Of a DNA stretch of 64,000 nt, positions 1 through 11,470 are shown piece by piece. Under the pieces are notes generated by a model, which was not told where the DNA came from, did no database searches, and saw only the letters and a program-made list of their open reading frames with translations. The first letter of the stretch is position 1, and each line of letters begins with the position of its first letter. The stretch lies in contig NC_082727.1 of the NCBI RefSeq assembly GCF_030144855.1, forward strand, positions 29,202,001 through 29,266,000, read 5' to 3'. The translations under genes and the position numbers were made by a program. This DNA comes from Hypanus sabinus. Taxonomy: Eukaryota.

Positions 1-1400
1 TGCTCTGTCATGTCTAAAACGAGAGAACCCTGAAACACTGAGCTGCCAGTTCCTGCCCCTCCTGCAACTGTGTCAACCAGAGCTACAATATCATAATTCC
101 ACATGCTGAGCTTTGCTCCAAGCTCATTTGCCTTACCTACAGTACTTCCTGCATTGAAATGGACACAACTCAGCAAACTAGTCCCACCGTGCCCAACCCT
201 TCATTCTCGTCTTTGTATGTAGGCTTAACAATTACTTTCGCCACAACTACTCCACTGTGCTCTGGCACCCTGGTTCCCATCCTCCTGAAACTCTAGTCTA
301 ACTCTCTTCCCCCCCCCCCCCCCCCCCAAGTGCACCACTAACATACTTTCCTGCAAGGATATTGGTTCCCTCTAGTTCAGCTGTAAGCTGCACCACCATC
401 CCCAGAAGAGAGCCTAATGATTGAAAAGTCTGAAACCCCCCCCCCCCCTTGTACCACCTCCTTAGCCACATGATAATCTGAATTATATTCCTATTTCTCG
501 TCTCACTGGCATGGGTAACAATCCTGAGATCACCACTTTGGAGATCCTGCCCTTTAACTTAACTCCTAACTCCATGAACTCACTTAGCAGGACCTCATCA
601 ACATGTAACATTCCATCCAGAAATATCGTTTTTGTTCACAGGACCACCCTGTCTGTTCCCTAACCAATGAATCTTCTATCACTGCTGCTTACCTCTTCTC
701 CCAACCTTCCCTTCTGAGTCGCAGAGTCAGAGATCTGATTGCTGTAGCTTTCCTCTGCTTGGTCATTGCTCCCCCAACCGTATCTAAAATAATGTACTTA
801 CTATTGAGGGGAATGGCCACTGGGGTACCCTGCATTGGCCGCCTTTCCCTTTTTCTCTCCAGACCATCACCAAGGTAACTGTGTCCTACCTTCTATGCGT
901 AACTACCTCCCTGTAATTCCTGTCAATCAACCCTTTCATCTCCATGGCCTGGGGTACATCCAGCTCTTGTTCCAGTTCCCTAACACGGTCTGAAAGAAGC
1001 TGCAGCTGGATGCACTTTTTGCAGGTGTAGTCGTCAGGGATACTCGAGATCTCCCTGTCTTCCTACATCTGCAAGAGAAGCACTCCACTGTACTGACTGT
1101 CATCGCCACTGCTCTAACTGTGCAGTAAGAAAGAGAGAATAAACGAAACAGAGAAATAAAGAGAGAGAAAAAGAAACTTATCCTTAGTCTCCACCCTTTT
1201 CACCAAAGCCTCTTGAGGAAAAGCCTCAGCTCTCCACTGCCCCTTCCTAGTAACACAATGGCCATTTTACTTAGATGTAGCTTCATTCTATTGGCTCTTA
1301 CCAAGTGCCTAACAGTTTGCATTATCTCAAGCTCTGCAGGAAGTCCCGACAGAAACAACTTGCTTTTTAAATTTATTGTGTTTCTCTTCCAGAAGTAACT
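1..1400 (-). mobile_element. CR1 LINE 5' portion: degenerate ORF1 (zinc finger/leucine zipper and SGNH esterase) and start of ORF2 APE endonuclease
   Basis: Minus-strand translation from the ATG at 1103 gives VECFSC..PDDYTCKKCIQLQLLSDRVRELEQELD, QGTPVAIPLNSKY, AVIEDSLVR and KVVISGLLP. Near 90-180 it reads CVHFNAGSTVGKANEL..WNYDIVA. Stops and frameshifts are present. Confidence 0.85.
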
Positions 1401-1419
1401 GCATGCGCAATCTCAAAAG

Positions 1420-1652
1420 ATTCAGAAGGTGATATTTAGGAAAGTATTTTACTCAGAGAGCAGTGATTATCGAAAATTCATGGTGTATGAGGGTGCTGAA
1501 AACAAAATCAATTAGTGCCTTCACTGCAAGGTAATCAAGAGAGAATAATTTTCAGGACCATGGGGAAAGAGTGGAGTAATAATATTGCTCTGTTCGTCAC
1601 CAGCGTGGACTCAATGGTCCATAGCTGCCTTCTTGTAACAATTCTATGATTC
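1420..1652 (+). mobile_element. Degenerate CR1 3' end
   Basis: FTQR-like coding remnant and attctatgatt tail, similar to other CR1 ends in the window. Confidence 0.5.
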
Positions 1653-2366
1653 ATAGCTAAGTGGTATCAAGTTAGCACACTTAAATAGGTTGCTGCTGTA
1701 TGTTTAATTGTGACCTTGTAGGCTACAAATTGCAGAAAGGTTCCTGTTCCTGTACAGGCTTTAGGAACTGGAGGGGTTTTCAATATTTTGCGTAAATTCC
1801 AACGAAGTAAGCTGTTCTGAAACATAGTAGAAATCATTTCCATTTTCCTTTTATTTTTCTTGTCTATCCACATTTCTGACTAACTCTTGGAACTTTTGAA
1901 AATGAGAGAAAACTGTCTGTTTCAGACTTGCTGCCTGTCTAATTTTGAAGAAACTTCCAGCTTTTATCAACCTGTAGTTTAAAAAAAAATACATTGGCAT
2001 CTTTTAAGTAATTTTGTTCAGCAAAAAAACAGGCAAGATGAAACTTTAAAAAAGCTTGAAATGGCAGAGTAAAACATTCTGCACTTGATTTATCTGTATG
2101 TTTGTATTTGAATTGAATACTTGCAATGGTTTGTAAACTTCCTGTTTGCACAATATCAGCAGTAGTTTGCTGAGTCTGCCGAAACTCTTAGCAGATTGTC
2201 GCTGAGAGTCTCACTGTTTGAAAAGAGTATGACAGGTCTTGTGAATGGTCAATCATTGTCATACATTATTCCTTGTTGTGCACCATGCACTGCAGCAAAG
2301 GCTACAGCCCATTTAGTTTGGAAAGGTTCGTGTTATCCTGCGGCCATGAAAAGTCGAATTATTCTG

Positions 2367-2485
2367 ATTCAGATTTATTATCACATGTACTTTGAAACGT
2401 GGCAAAAAGCAACTTTTATGTTGACAACCAACACACCCAAGGATGTGCTGGGGGCAGCCCACAAGTGGCACCACACATTCCGCCC
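2367..2485 (-). mobile_element. Unclassified dispersed repeat family A, 3' end
   Basis: Shares caaccaacacacccaaggatgtgctgggggcagccc with copies at 15040 and 49905, and in inverted form at 4800 and 60295. Confidence 0.75.
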
Positions 2486-2779
2486 ATTTTTTACATAGAA
2501 ATTGACCAGCGGGTACAAGTACTGATCAATTGGTTACATTGTATGTGTTCAAATTCTTTATTTGCATAATCAATCATCAATCGCACTACAATAATACCAG
2601 TATTAGTAGCCAGTAGAATCTGTATGTTAAAGGATAATAATACTAAAGAATTAGTCAAAATAGCTGACCAATAGTGTCACGCTAGAGCCCTTCGTTTTCA
2701 TCCTGATGGTTTCTACGTATGCTAAATGGCTCCAGTCCCCTGCTGTGCAAAGAGAAGTTATACTCTTCAAAAAACTTTC

Positions 2780-4498
2780 TTACCTGGGCTGACTGCACAC
2801 TCTCTGTAAACTGTTCTTACCTGGGCTGACTGCACACTCTCTGTAAACTGTCCTTACCTGGGCTGACTGCACACTCTCTGTAAACTGTCCTTACCTGGGC
2901 TGACTGCACACTCTCTGTAAACTATCCTTACCTGGGCTGACTGCACACTCTCTGTAAACTGTCCTTACCTGGGCTGACTGCACACTCTCTGTAAACTGTC
3001 CTTACCTGGGCTGACTGCACACTCTCTGTAAACTATCCTTACCTGGGCTGACTGCACACTCTCTGTAAACTGTCCTTACCTGGGCTGACTGCACACTCTC
3101 TGTAAACTGTTCTTACCTGGGCTGACTGCACACTCTCTGTAAACTGTTCTTACCTGGGCTGACTGCACACTCTCTGTAAACTGTCCTTACCTGGGCTGAC
3201 TGCACACTCTCTGTAAACTGTCCTTACCTGGGCTGACTGCACACTCTCTGTAAACTATCCTTACCTGGGCTGACTGCACACTCTCTGTAAACTGTCCTTA
3301 CCTGGGCTGACTGCACACTCTCTGTAAACTATGCTTACCTGGGCTGACTGCATACTCTCTGTAAAACATCCTTACCTGGGCTGACTACAGACTCTCTGTA
3401 AACTGTTCTTACCTGGGCTGACTGCACACTCTCTGTAAACTGTCCTTACCTGGGCTGACTGCACACTCTCTGTAAACTGTCCTTACCTGGGCTGACTGCA
3501 CACTCTCTGTAAACTGTCCTTACCTGGGCTGACTGCACACTCTCTGTAAACTATGCTTACCTGGGCTGACTGCATACTCTCTGTAAAACATCCTTACCTG
3601 GGCTGACTACAGACTCTCTGTAAACTGTCCTTACCTGGGCTGACTGCACACTCTCTGTAAACTGTCCTTACCTGGGCTGACTGCACACTCTCTGTAAACT
3701 ACCCTTACCTGGGCTGAATGCATACTCTCTGTAAACTGTCCTTACCTGGGCTGACTGCACACTCTCTGTAAACTGTCCTTACCTGGGCTGACTGCACACT
3801 CTCTGTAAACTGTCCTTACCTGGGCTGTTTGCACACTCTCTGTAAACTGTCCTTACCTGGGCTGACTGCACACTCTCTGTAAACTGTTCTTACCTGGGCT
3901 GACTGCACACTCTCTGTAAACTGTTCTTACCTGGGCTGACTGCACACTCTCTGTAAACTGTCCTTACCTGGGCTGACTGCACACTCTCTATAAACTGTCC
4001 TTACCTGGGCTGACTGCACACTCTCTGTAAACTGTCCTTACCTGGGCTGACTACAGACTCTCTGTAAACTGTCCTTACCTGGGCTGACTGCACACTCTCT
4101 GTAAACTGTCCTTACCTGGGCTGACTGCACACTCTCTGTAAACTGTCCTTACCTGGGCTGACTACAGACTCTCTGTAAACTGTCCTTACCTGGGCTGTTT
4201 GCACACTCTCTGTAAACTATGCTTACCTGGGCTGACTGCACACTCTCTGTAAACTGTTCTTACCTGGTCGACTGCACACTCTCTGTAAACTGTCCTTAAC
4301 TGGGCTGACTGCACACTCTCTGTAAACTGTCCTTACCTGGGCTGACTACAGACTCTCTGTAAACTGTCCTTACCTGGGCTGTTTGCACACTCTCTGTAAA
4401 CTATGCTTACCTGGGCTGACTGCACACTCTCTGTAAACTGTCCTTACCTGGGCTGACTGCACACTCTCTGTAAACTATGCTTACCTGGGCTGACTGCA
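2780..4498. repeat. Minisatellite, 37-bp unit TTACCTGGGCTGACTGCACACTCTCTGTAAACTGTCC, about 46.5 copies
   Basis: Units start at 2780, 2817 and onward to 4481. One 36-bp unit lies near 4260. There are no spacers. Confidence 0.98.
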
Positions 4499-4799
4499 AT
4501 TTGCTGCAAATTCCATGCTGCCCTCCTGGACTCTAGGTGATCCTAGCAGCAGAAGAGAGGACAAATGCACAGCCATGGGAATTGGCACTGAGCTGACCCT
4601 CAGAGTATTTAGCTGGTAATGCTCTACAGAACCACTGGCCAGAGTTAATTGTATTTTGGTTTATGAATTTGCCCAGATTTGCACAGTTAATGGCATGAAT
4701 AAAGCCACTGTCTTTATTGAAATGAGGCTATCTTGAACAATATATCATCTAGTTTAGACAAAAGTCCTGTTAACCTGTTTTCCACGTGGATATGGGACA

Positions 4800-5266
4800 G
4801 CTGTAGTCGGGTGTTGGGCCCTGGATTCGTGAATCTGTAAGACCGGAGTTCGAGGCCTTATGTTGAGTTATCATTGGGTGCTGGGGTCAATGCCGAGGAT
4901 TGAATCAGAAGTCTGGAAGATTAGGCCCGTTGGTTGCAGACAAGCCTGCGAATCTCTGTAAGGTTGCGAGGGAACTCGAAGGTCCAATGTCTGTGAGTCC
5001 AAGCACGCTGCAGGCTGAAGTCAGTCTGCCCTGGGGTAAGGTGACTATATGAGTGTGGGTGCAAATGGGGCTTGTTTAGCTGTTGTTGTTGCTTGTTGTG
5101 TTCTGTGTTGTCTTGCTAAACATTGTGGGTATGCCATGTTAGAGCCAGAATGTTGGTGACACTTGCTAGCTGTTCCTAGTACATCTTTAGGCATGTGGTT
5201 GTTAATCAAACAGCAAATTTACACTTTATGTTTTAATGTACATATGATGAAAAAACCTGAATCTGA
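4800..5266 (+). mobile_element. Repeat family A, longest copy
   Basis: Reverse complement of the 15040 and 49905 copies, ending in a ctgaatctga tail. Confidence 0.7.
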
Positions 5267-5269
5267 GCA

Positions 5270-7726
5270 CTTTGGAAGATCTTAAAGTCATAAACAGTAG
5301 AGAAATGCAGTTGCGTTTCTAATGTAACCAGACGAATTAGGTCATATATTCGTACTTAATAAGATAAGGTGGCATTTGGCACACTGGATGCACACAGGCT
5401 CCAAATGCACCAACTCCAAAGGTTGAAAAGTTGATTTATGATCAACTCTTCAATTCTCCGAGTAGCCACGAAAGCAAGAAAGAAAAGAAAGGCTTGTTCT
5501 CGGTGATGTCTTTAGCTTGGCGAGGTTGAGGAGAGCTATTCGGATGTTGGTGGTTGACTGAGAAAACAGGTGACACCGTACCAATGTGCACATATTGTGT
5601 AATCCTTGGAAATGCACAGAACACTTGCTATTGTGAGCCTTGTATGTGAGCACCAGCGATACTGTAACTTTCTAATCGATCCTGATTACTGGCTGGGTTT
5701 CATTATTTTAATTTAGATTTAAAAAAGGAGCAGATCTGAACTTTGGATGCAAAAGTGATCTGGCTTGGTTCCATTTCTGGGTCATGTATCCATTCGTACA
5801 CAATAGGTTAGTTTTACACCTACGACTATCAGTTTTGATTGGCTCACGTTAAAGTCAGGATTTTCCACCTTTGTCACCCAATCACATAATTGGCTTTTCA
5901 TTTTCTCTGCATCTGCTTCAAGGAAACTGAAATAGATCAGGTTCATACATGTCACGCTTTAACCATTCATAGTCAATTGATGCGATTCTTCCAAATGTTG
6001 ATGCAGGGGGAGCTAACTGACACCAATGTTACTTAGACCAGGAGAAGGAAAGATAAAGATCAGCTCTACTGTTACCCTGCACACGTTGTCAAATGCTGAT
6101 AATGATGCTTATAGTTTATTTTGTAAAATTATTTTATTCTCTGTCTCTAACTAGAAATGTAACCACACGTACACTCAACCCATGGAATGGATCAAACTAA
6201 AGAAGCTGATGCAGCCAAACTGGAGAGTGAAAAATTCCCTCTCCGACATAAACCGAAGACCGCATTATAAGCAAATAAGGAATCTCAGCCCCCGGGCCCA
6301 CCTCCACCTCTGACATTTGCTCCTAATCTGACGTTTTCCATAATCTCTTTTGAAAATTTTGAAAAGCATTAAATTTACATTAGCCTTCTATTCGGTAAAA
6401 AAATGATTAAATACTAATTCTTTCATATAAGTTATTAATAGCTGGTTTTGTTTCAGACTGAACAATAGCCTTTTCACTATATTTCTGATTACAGAAATAT
6501 TTGTTGCAGCTCAGTCCATTGGTGTAAAGTCAGCAGAGAGAGATGCTCCTGTAATATTTGGTGCGACATGGCTTTTTTATTATTCCAAGGGGAAGGCTCC
6601 ATTTTCTATCTATAGTTTCAGATGTTACTACGTTGTAGCCCTATACTGGCTGCCGTGTATTTTCTCTCTCTCCCTCCCTCTCTCTCTCTCTCTCCCACCC
6701 ATCATGAATATTCAAAAGCTGCAGTCAGTAGCACCAAGAGCGCAGGTGGCAAAAAAATACAATCAAATGATATGAATCTCTTCATGGCTCCAGAAATGGA
6801 TGTTAACACGGGTGGAATAATTGTAGAGAAATAAGGATTTTTTTTTTGCTTTTACCCTTCTTGTCAAAGAAAGTGAATTGAGGTTAGCCCTAGGGACGCC
6901 CCTTGCTACTGTAGTGATTGTACTGTGAGCTAGAGTGATTACATATTTAGTTCTGTCATGCCGTACACAGTAAAGACCAAACCTCAAGGGGAAACTCTGC
7001 CACAGCTAACAGGAGCAATGTTTTAAAATACATTGGTGGAATCTTTTAGGGGACAATGCGGCTGTCCAGGGACTCGGCTCCTCCATTTCTTCACAACGAA
7101 ATGTTTGGCCTATATGGACAAATGGAAATTTAATGCATTTTTTTCCCTGCCTCTGTCTGCACCAGCAGTGTGGAAAGACCCGTTCCACTGTACTGCAGGT
7201 TTGATGTGTGTCCTTATGCCTGCTGGTTTGAATGGAAAATAATGCATCTGCGTGAGATGACAAGACTTATTAATTTGTAAAAAATTGACTGTTACGGTAT
7301 AATAATAGACATCCATTTATACAGCTCTTGGTATCTGACCATTACTCCTGCCAGGATTTCCCTTCCAGCCTCCCCCCCTATATTGAAAACATTTAGGCAC
7401 TTCCAGTTGGTGGCAGGCGATATATCCATAATACTGCCTTCACTATCCCAGCTAGCTTCTTCACTATATTCATGCATCAGAGAGGCTGCACTCTGTGAAG
7501 ATTTTCTCCTTCTGGAGGTGCAGACATTGATGAGGGAAATGAGTGTACAATATTTCATGATCGACTGCCCTTTTCCAGTAATAATAACCTCCCACAACTT
7601 TAATTCCTCAGCAGTGATTTAAAACAGTGAGAGGAACAATTGCTCAGAACAGTGGTTGTATCAGGTTGCCAAGGATCATACCTTTCCTAAGCCGTCACAT
7701 TTGGTCAGATATCATACACATTCAGG
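5270..7726 (+). promoter_or_regulatory. Putative promoter and 5' UTR region of the ANK3 exon
   Basis: No recognisable transposon sequence directly upstream of the ATG in an otherwise repeat-saturated window. Contains a GC-rich patch near 6288-6308 and a CT tract at 6661-6693. The TSS cannot be located by eye. Confidence 0.5.
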
Positions 7727-7837
7727 ATGGCTCACGCTGCTTCCCATATCAAGAAAAACCGGGAAATGGAAGTTGTGACCGAGGATGAGAAAGTCGTCAA
7801 AAAGCACAGAAAACGTTCTCGGGATCGAAGGAAAAAG
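7727..7837 (+). CDS. ANK3: Ankyrin-3 (ankyrin-G) alternative first coding exon, exon-1b type: MAHAASHIKKNREMEVVTEDEKVVKKHRKRSRDRRKK, then phase-0 donor
   Basis: ATG at 7727 in caggATGg context. The peptide closely resembles the recalled human ANK3 N-terminus MAHAASQLKKNRDLE...KHRKRSRDRKKK. Donor AAG|GTACCT lies at 7837/7838, the equivalent position. Related N-termini exist in ANK1 and ANK2, but HRKRSRD matches ANK3 best. Confidence 0.9.
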
Positions 7838-8944
7838 GTACCTTGGCAGATTTACCCATTGACACGTTCCATTGTTCTAATTCCAATACATGGAGCACTG
7901 TAAATTAAAGATTAATTGTTAAGTCTGCATGATGGAGCCTTCTGCACCTCAAGACACTGCTTGGTAAATTTTTGTTGATAGATCACTTCCATTTGCTGGG
8001 GTTTCAAATGTTGTGCTTGCAAGGTATTTGCCTCTGTTAAATTCCTCATTGTGGACTGCAGTGTTAGTGTGGGATGTGCTTCAGGAAGAAGGGTGCCGAC
8101 GTCAGGGTGGGTTTTAATTTCACTGAAAGGGGAGCCATTTGGCGCTGCAAATATTACCTTTTTTTTCAATCCATTCTGTATTTTTGAAGCTAGTTTTAAT
8201 TGATGCCCTGGGATTACCAGAAATTTCAGATGTCTTGGAGTAAAATGGATATGCCATTGTCAATTAAATTATATCTGTCACACACACAAGGAGTAGTATT
8301 TCCTAAGCATGTGTAAATGAAAAACAAGAAGAACAATGAATACTGAGTTAGAGATGTAACCATTTAGTTTGCTGCCCTCATTTTGAGCAGGGTTCTTCTA
8401 TTTTTAGGAGATAATTAGCTGTAGACACATCGTGTTCTGTGTGACCTTAACCCATCCACTCCCAGAATGATTATCTTGCTGTGGAGTGGATTTTTCAGTT
8501 TTGTGATTTGACATTTTTTTTAAAATTGTCGGAACGATAGAATTGACATGGCTTTCTATATCATAATTCTCAGCATCAGCAGATTTGTAGCAACTTCCAT
8601 TGTTTAGCGTAAGGCTGATTCTAAAAGTAAATTCTAATCCGGCTTTGAACATTGGATATCCTTTCACTAGATTGTATTGACTGACTTAGATGTATTATTA
8701 TGTCCAGTGTCTTATGTCCGCTGTGTCGGAGCTTGGGATGTACCTCTCTGCATTGCTCTGTTGTAACTTTTCTTGGGGACAGGTAGTTAGGGGTTTCATC
8801 TTCACAGTGATGCTGCTAGTACTGAACAGCTTGCAGTTACCATAAATAATACCAACAAAGTCTGCAGAACATACCTTTGCCTCATTCACTCTTCTGTCCT
8901 CTCAACTTATTGCTAAGTCACAGTGACCCAACCTGACAGCATGA

Positions 8945-9424
8945 GAGAGTAACACCTCATATTCCTTCTGGGTATCCTCCAACTTGATAGCATGAGCATT
9001 GATTTCTCTAACTTCTGGTAATTTCTACCCCCTCCCCCCGCCCTCTTCTCTCTTTTTCCATTCCCCATTCTGGCTCCCCTCTTACCTCTTCTCACCTGCC
9101 CCTCACCATCTGGTTCCCCCCCTCCTTCCCTCTCTCCCACGGTCCACTTTCCTATCAGGTTCCTTCTTCTTCAGCCCTTTATCTTTTCCACCTATCACCT
9201 CTCAGCTTCTCAATTCAGTCACCCCCCCCCCCCCCCCACCCACCTACATTCCCCTTTGCTTGTCACCTACCACTCCCTCCTCCCTCCATCTTCTTATTCT
9301 GGCTTCTTCCCCTTTCCTCTCCAGTCCTGATGAAGGGTCTCAGCCCAAAATATCGACTGCTTATTCCCCTTCATAGATACTGCCTAACCTGCTGAAGTCC
9401 TCCAGCATTTTGTCTGTGTGTTAC
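8945..9424 (+). mobile_element. Penelope-like element 3' end (GIY-YIG C-terminal remnant plus pseudo-LTR with hammerhead motif)
   Basis: Encodes E*HLIFLLGILQLDSMSIDFSNF, resembling the PLE C-terminus EQHLIFRLGSLQPDGMNIDFS. A pyrimidine-rich tract follows, then cagtc-CTGATGA-agggtctcagccc-aaaa-tatc-gactg at 9322-9359. Confidence 0.8.
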
Positions 9425-10239
9425 ATCAGATGTAACAGATGCTCTTTTTTGTGTTTGGAATGTATTAAGATGTAACCCCAGCACTAGTCATTTCAAATGT
9501 GTTCCTAAATTACTGAAGCATCTTAGATTTGAGAGTGTGTGCATGTTTTGTTTCTAAAATTAAATGCTGTATAACCATGGCTTGCAGATGGGCTACAGGC
9601 CTCTGCTCTATTTAAATGCGAAAATGGTGAGCAGAGTAAAGGATTCTGTGTAGGTTCTTGGGTCCTGTTGTTAGAGGTCATGGCTGAATCCAAAACATTC
9701 CCCTGTGAACTTGTGTGTTTTGTAACGCTGTTGCTGTACATGGATGTGAGCTGATTCATGGGATTTGTCTCTTCTTTGTATTGTCATGTGTTTTTGGACT
9801 GCTAGAACAAATCCAGTCTTATTTTTAGCCTTAAGGGTGTGAGATGCGTGGACTTGGCTGCGTTTTGAGTTGAAAGTATTTTGGTATGTATTTTGTCTTT
9901 ACTCATGACAGACTGCTGTGTGTTCTGTATGGGCCACAACACAATGGAGGAAGTTAGCTTAAATGAAAACAAACAGTTATTAATGGGCACTTACTTGAAG
10001 GGGACATGAGAATAAGAGTGTTACTTATTTTGTGTAATGAGATTTGTTTAGAGAACTTGTAACAGAAGCCACAGGCACTAATCTTGAAACTTTTAAATTC
10101 AGAATCAGGTTGATTATCACTGACATGTGTTGCGAAATTTATTCTTTTATGGCAGCAGTACAATGTAATACATAAAATATACTATAAATTGCAATAATAA
10201 TAGTTGAAATTAAATAGTTAAAAAGGTATAAAAATTTTA

Positions 10240-11470
10240 AACTACCTTTTAACTGAGTAACAAATTATGTATTTAAATACAATCCAGAACAAATTAGAAT
10301 CCTACCAATGCCACTACAGTGCTATAAAACTGTGTATTAGATCCTAATAGTTAACAAGAAAGGAATTCAGGTGTACGCTGCTGTGTATAGAGTGTCTAGG
10401 AGGGGTGGCACCTCTGGTGAAGGGCTTGTCATATCCATTCTGGGGCAGCTCACTCACCTTTGGTCCCCACTGGACACTCAGCTCTCACCTGCGGGTCCAG
10501 GTAGGTACTTGCATGCAACAGTGGCCACATTGCGTCAACTGGTGGACTAAACCAGTTGGGGGTAGCCAGTAGGCCTCATACCCCAGTGAACTATGTGAAG
10601 TCAGCTCCAGCAGACTGTACGATGAGATTAACAGTGAGAGCCATCGGCCAGGAAGGCAATTCTACAGAGCTTTCTGAAGACTGAAGTGCATGATAAGACA
10701 CAGAAGTCGTGATTGTCTACTGTAACCAAAGAAGACTCCGGTTTGTTACAAGTACGACTAGACTTGTACCACTAGACCCAGACTTCTGAGGGCCAAAGAG
10801 TGGAAGTATCCCAGTGCAATGGCTTTTCCACTTTAAAAAGTTTCACTGTCATCGTCAGATACAATGGACAACCAAGATGCTGCTGTGTTCTTTTGATTCT
10901 CTGTAAATGATCAAAATTAGCACAGACATCTAGTGAGGATAATGGATTATTTTTATACAATGCCTCTGATGATTTGTGACCATCAAATCTTCATTTCCAT
11001 TGTAACATTCAAGATGATTGTCAATACCTTCAAATTCTTTGTAGTTTCTAACTTGGTGAAGTCGTGAAATTGTTTCATTTGAACTCCCAACCGTTTCTGG
11101 CATCTCCAAGCATGAATGCTTGAAACCGCAGTGAGGAAAACAATTCTAAATTGTCCTACTGCTTATTTCTCGCCAACTATCAGTGACAAAAAATCACTGC
11201 TTTTTTGAACATAAATACATGTATATGACACTATTTAAAAAGTGTTTGCCTGAAGGATGGGTGGTATCTATCTGCCTCATAAGTTCACATGACTGATGCT
11301 TATTAGAAACTGTTTGGCAACAGTCCACTGCCCCAGTTAAGTGGCATAGTGTCCCAAATAAATGAAGGGAATCTTTGTTTATTATTTCAATTAATTTTTG
11401 TTCTTTAATTGTTGTTGCAAATAAGTGGCAGCTCTGATTAACCAATGAACCGATTAACCGGAACCCATTG
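10240..11470 (-). mobile_element. Tigger/pogo-type DNA transposon remnant
   Basis: The minus strand near 11110-11190 encodes SWREISSRTI*NCFPHCGFK, a Tigger C-terminal motif. Terminus ccgattaaccggaacccattg is followed by TA. The other terminus was not recognised. Confidence 0.65.
10387..10878 (+). mobile_element. Unclassified non-autonomous retroposon (family B) with 10-bp TSD
   Basis: GCTGCTGTGT at 10377-10386 and 10879-10888. An inverted homologue lies at 39488-39960. Confidence 0.75.

Noticed and set aside
309-448. Poly-C runs as functional G-quadruplex elements
   Set aside because: They are expanded homopolymers inside a decayed CR1 ORF1, and their lengths are unreliable in assemblies.
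2780-4498. CRISPR array (37-bp repeats)
   Set aside because: Units are directly adjacent with no unique spacers, there are no cas genes, and the context is vertebrate.
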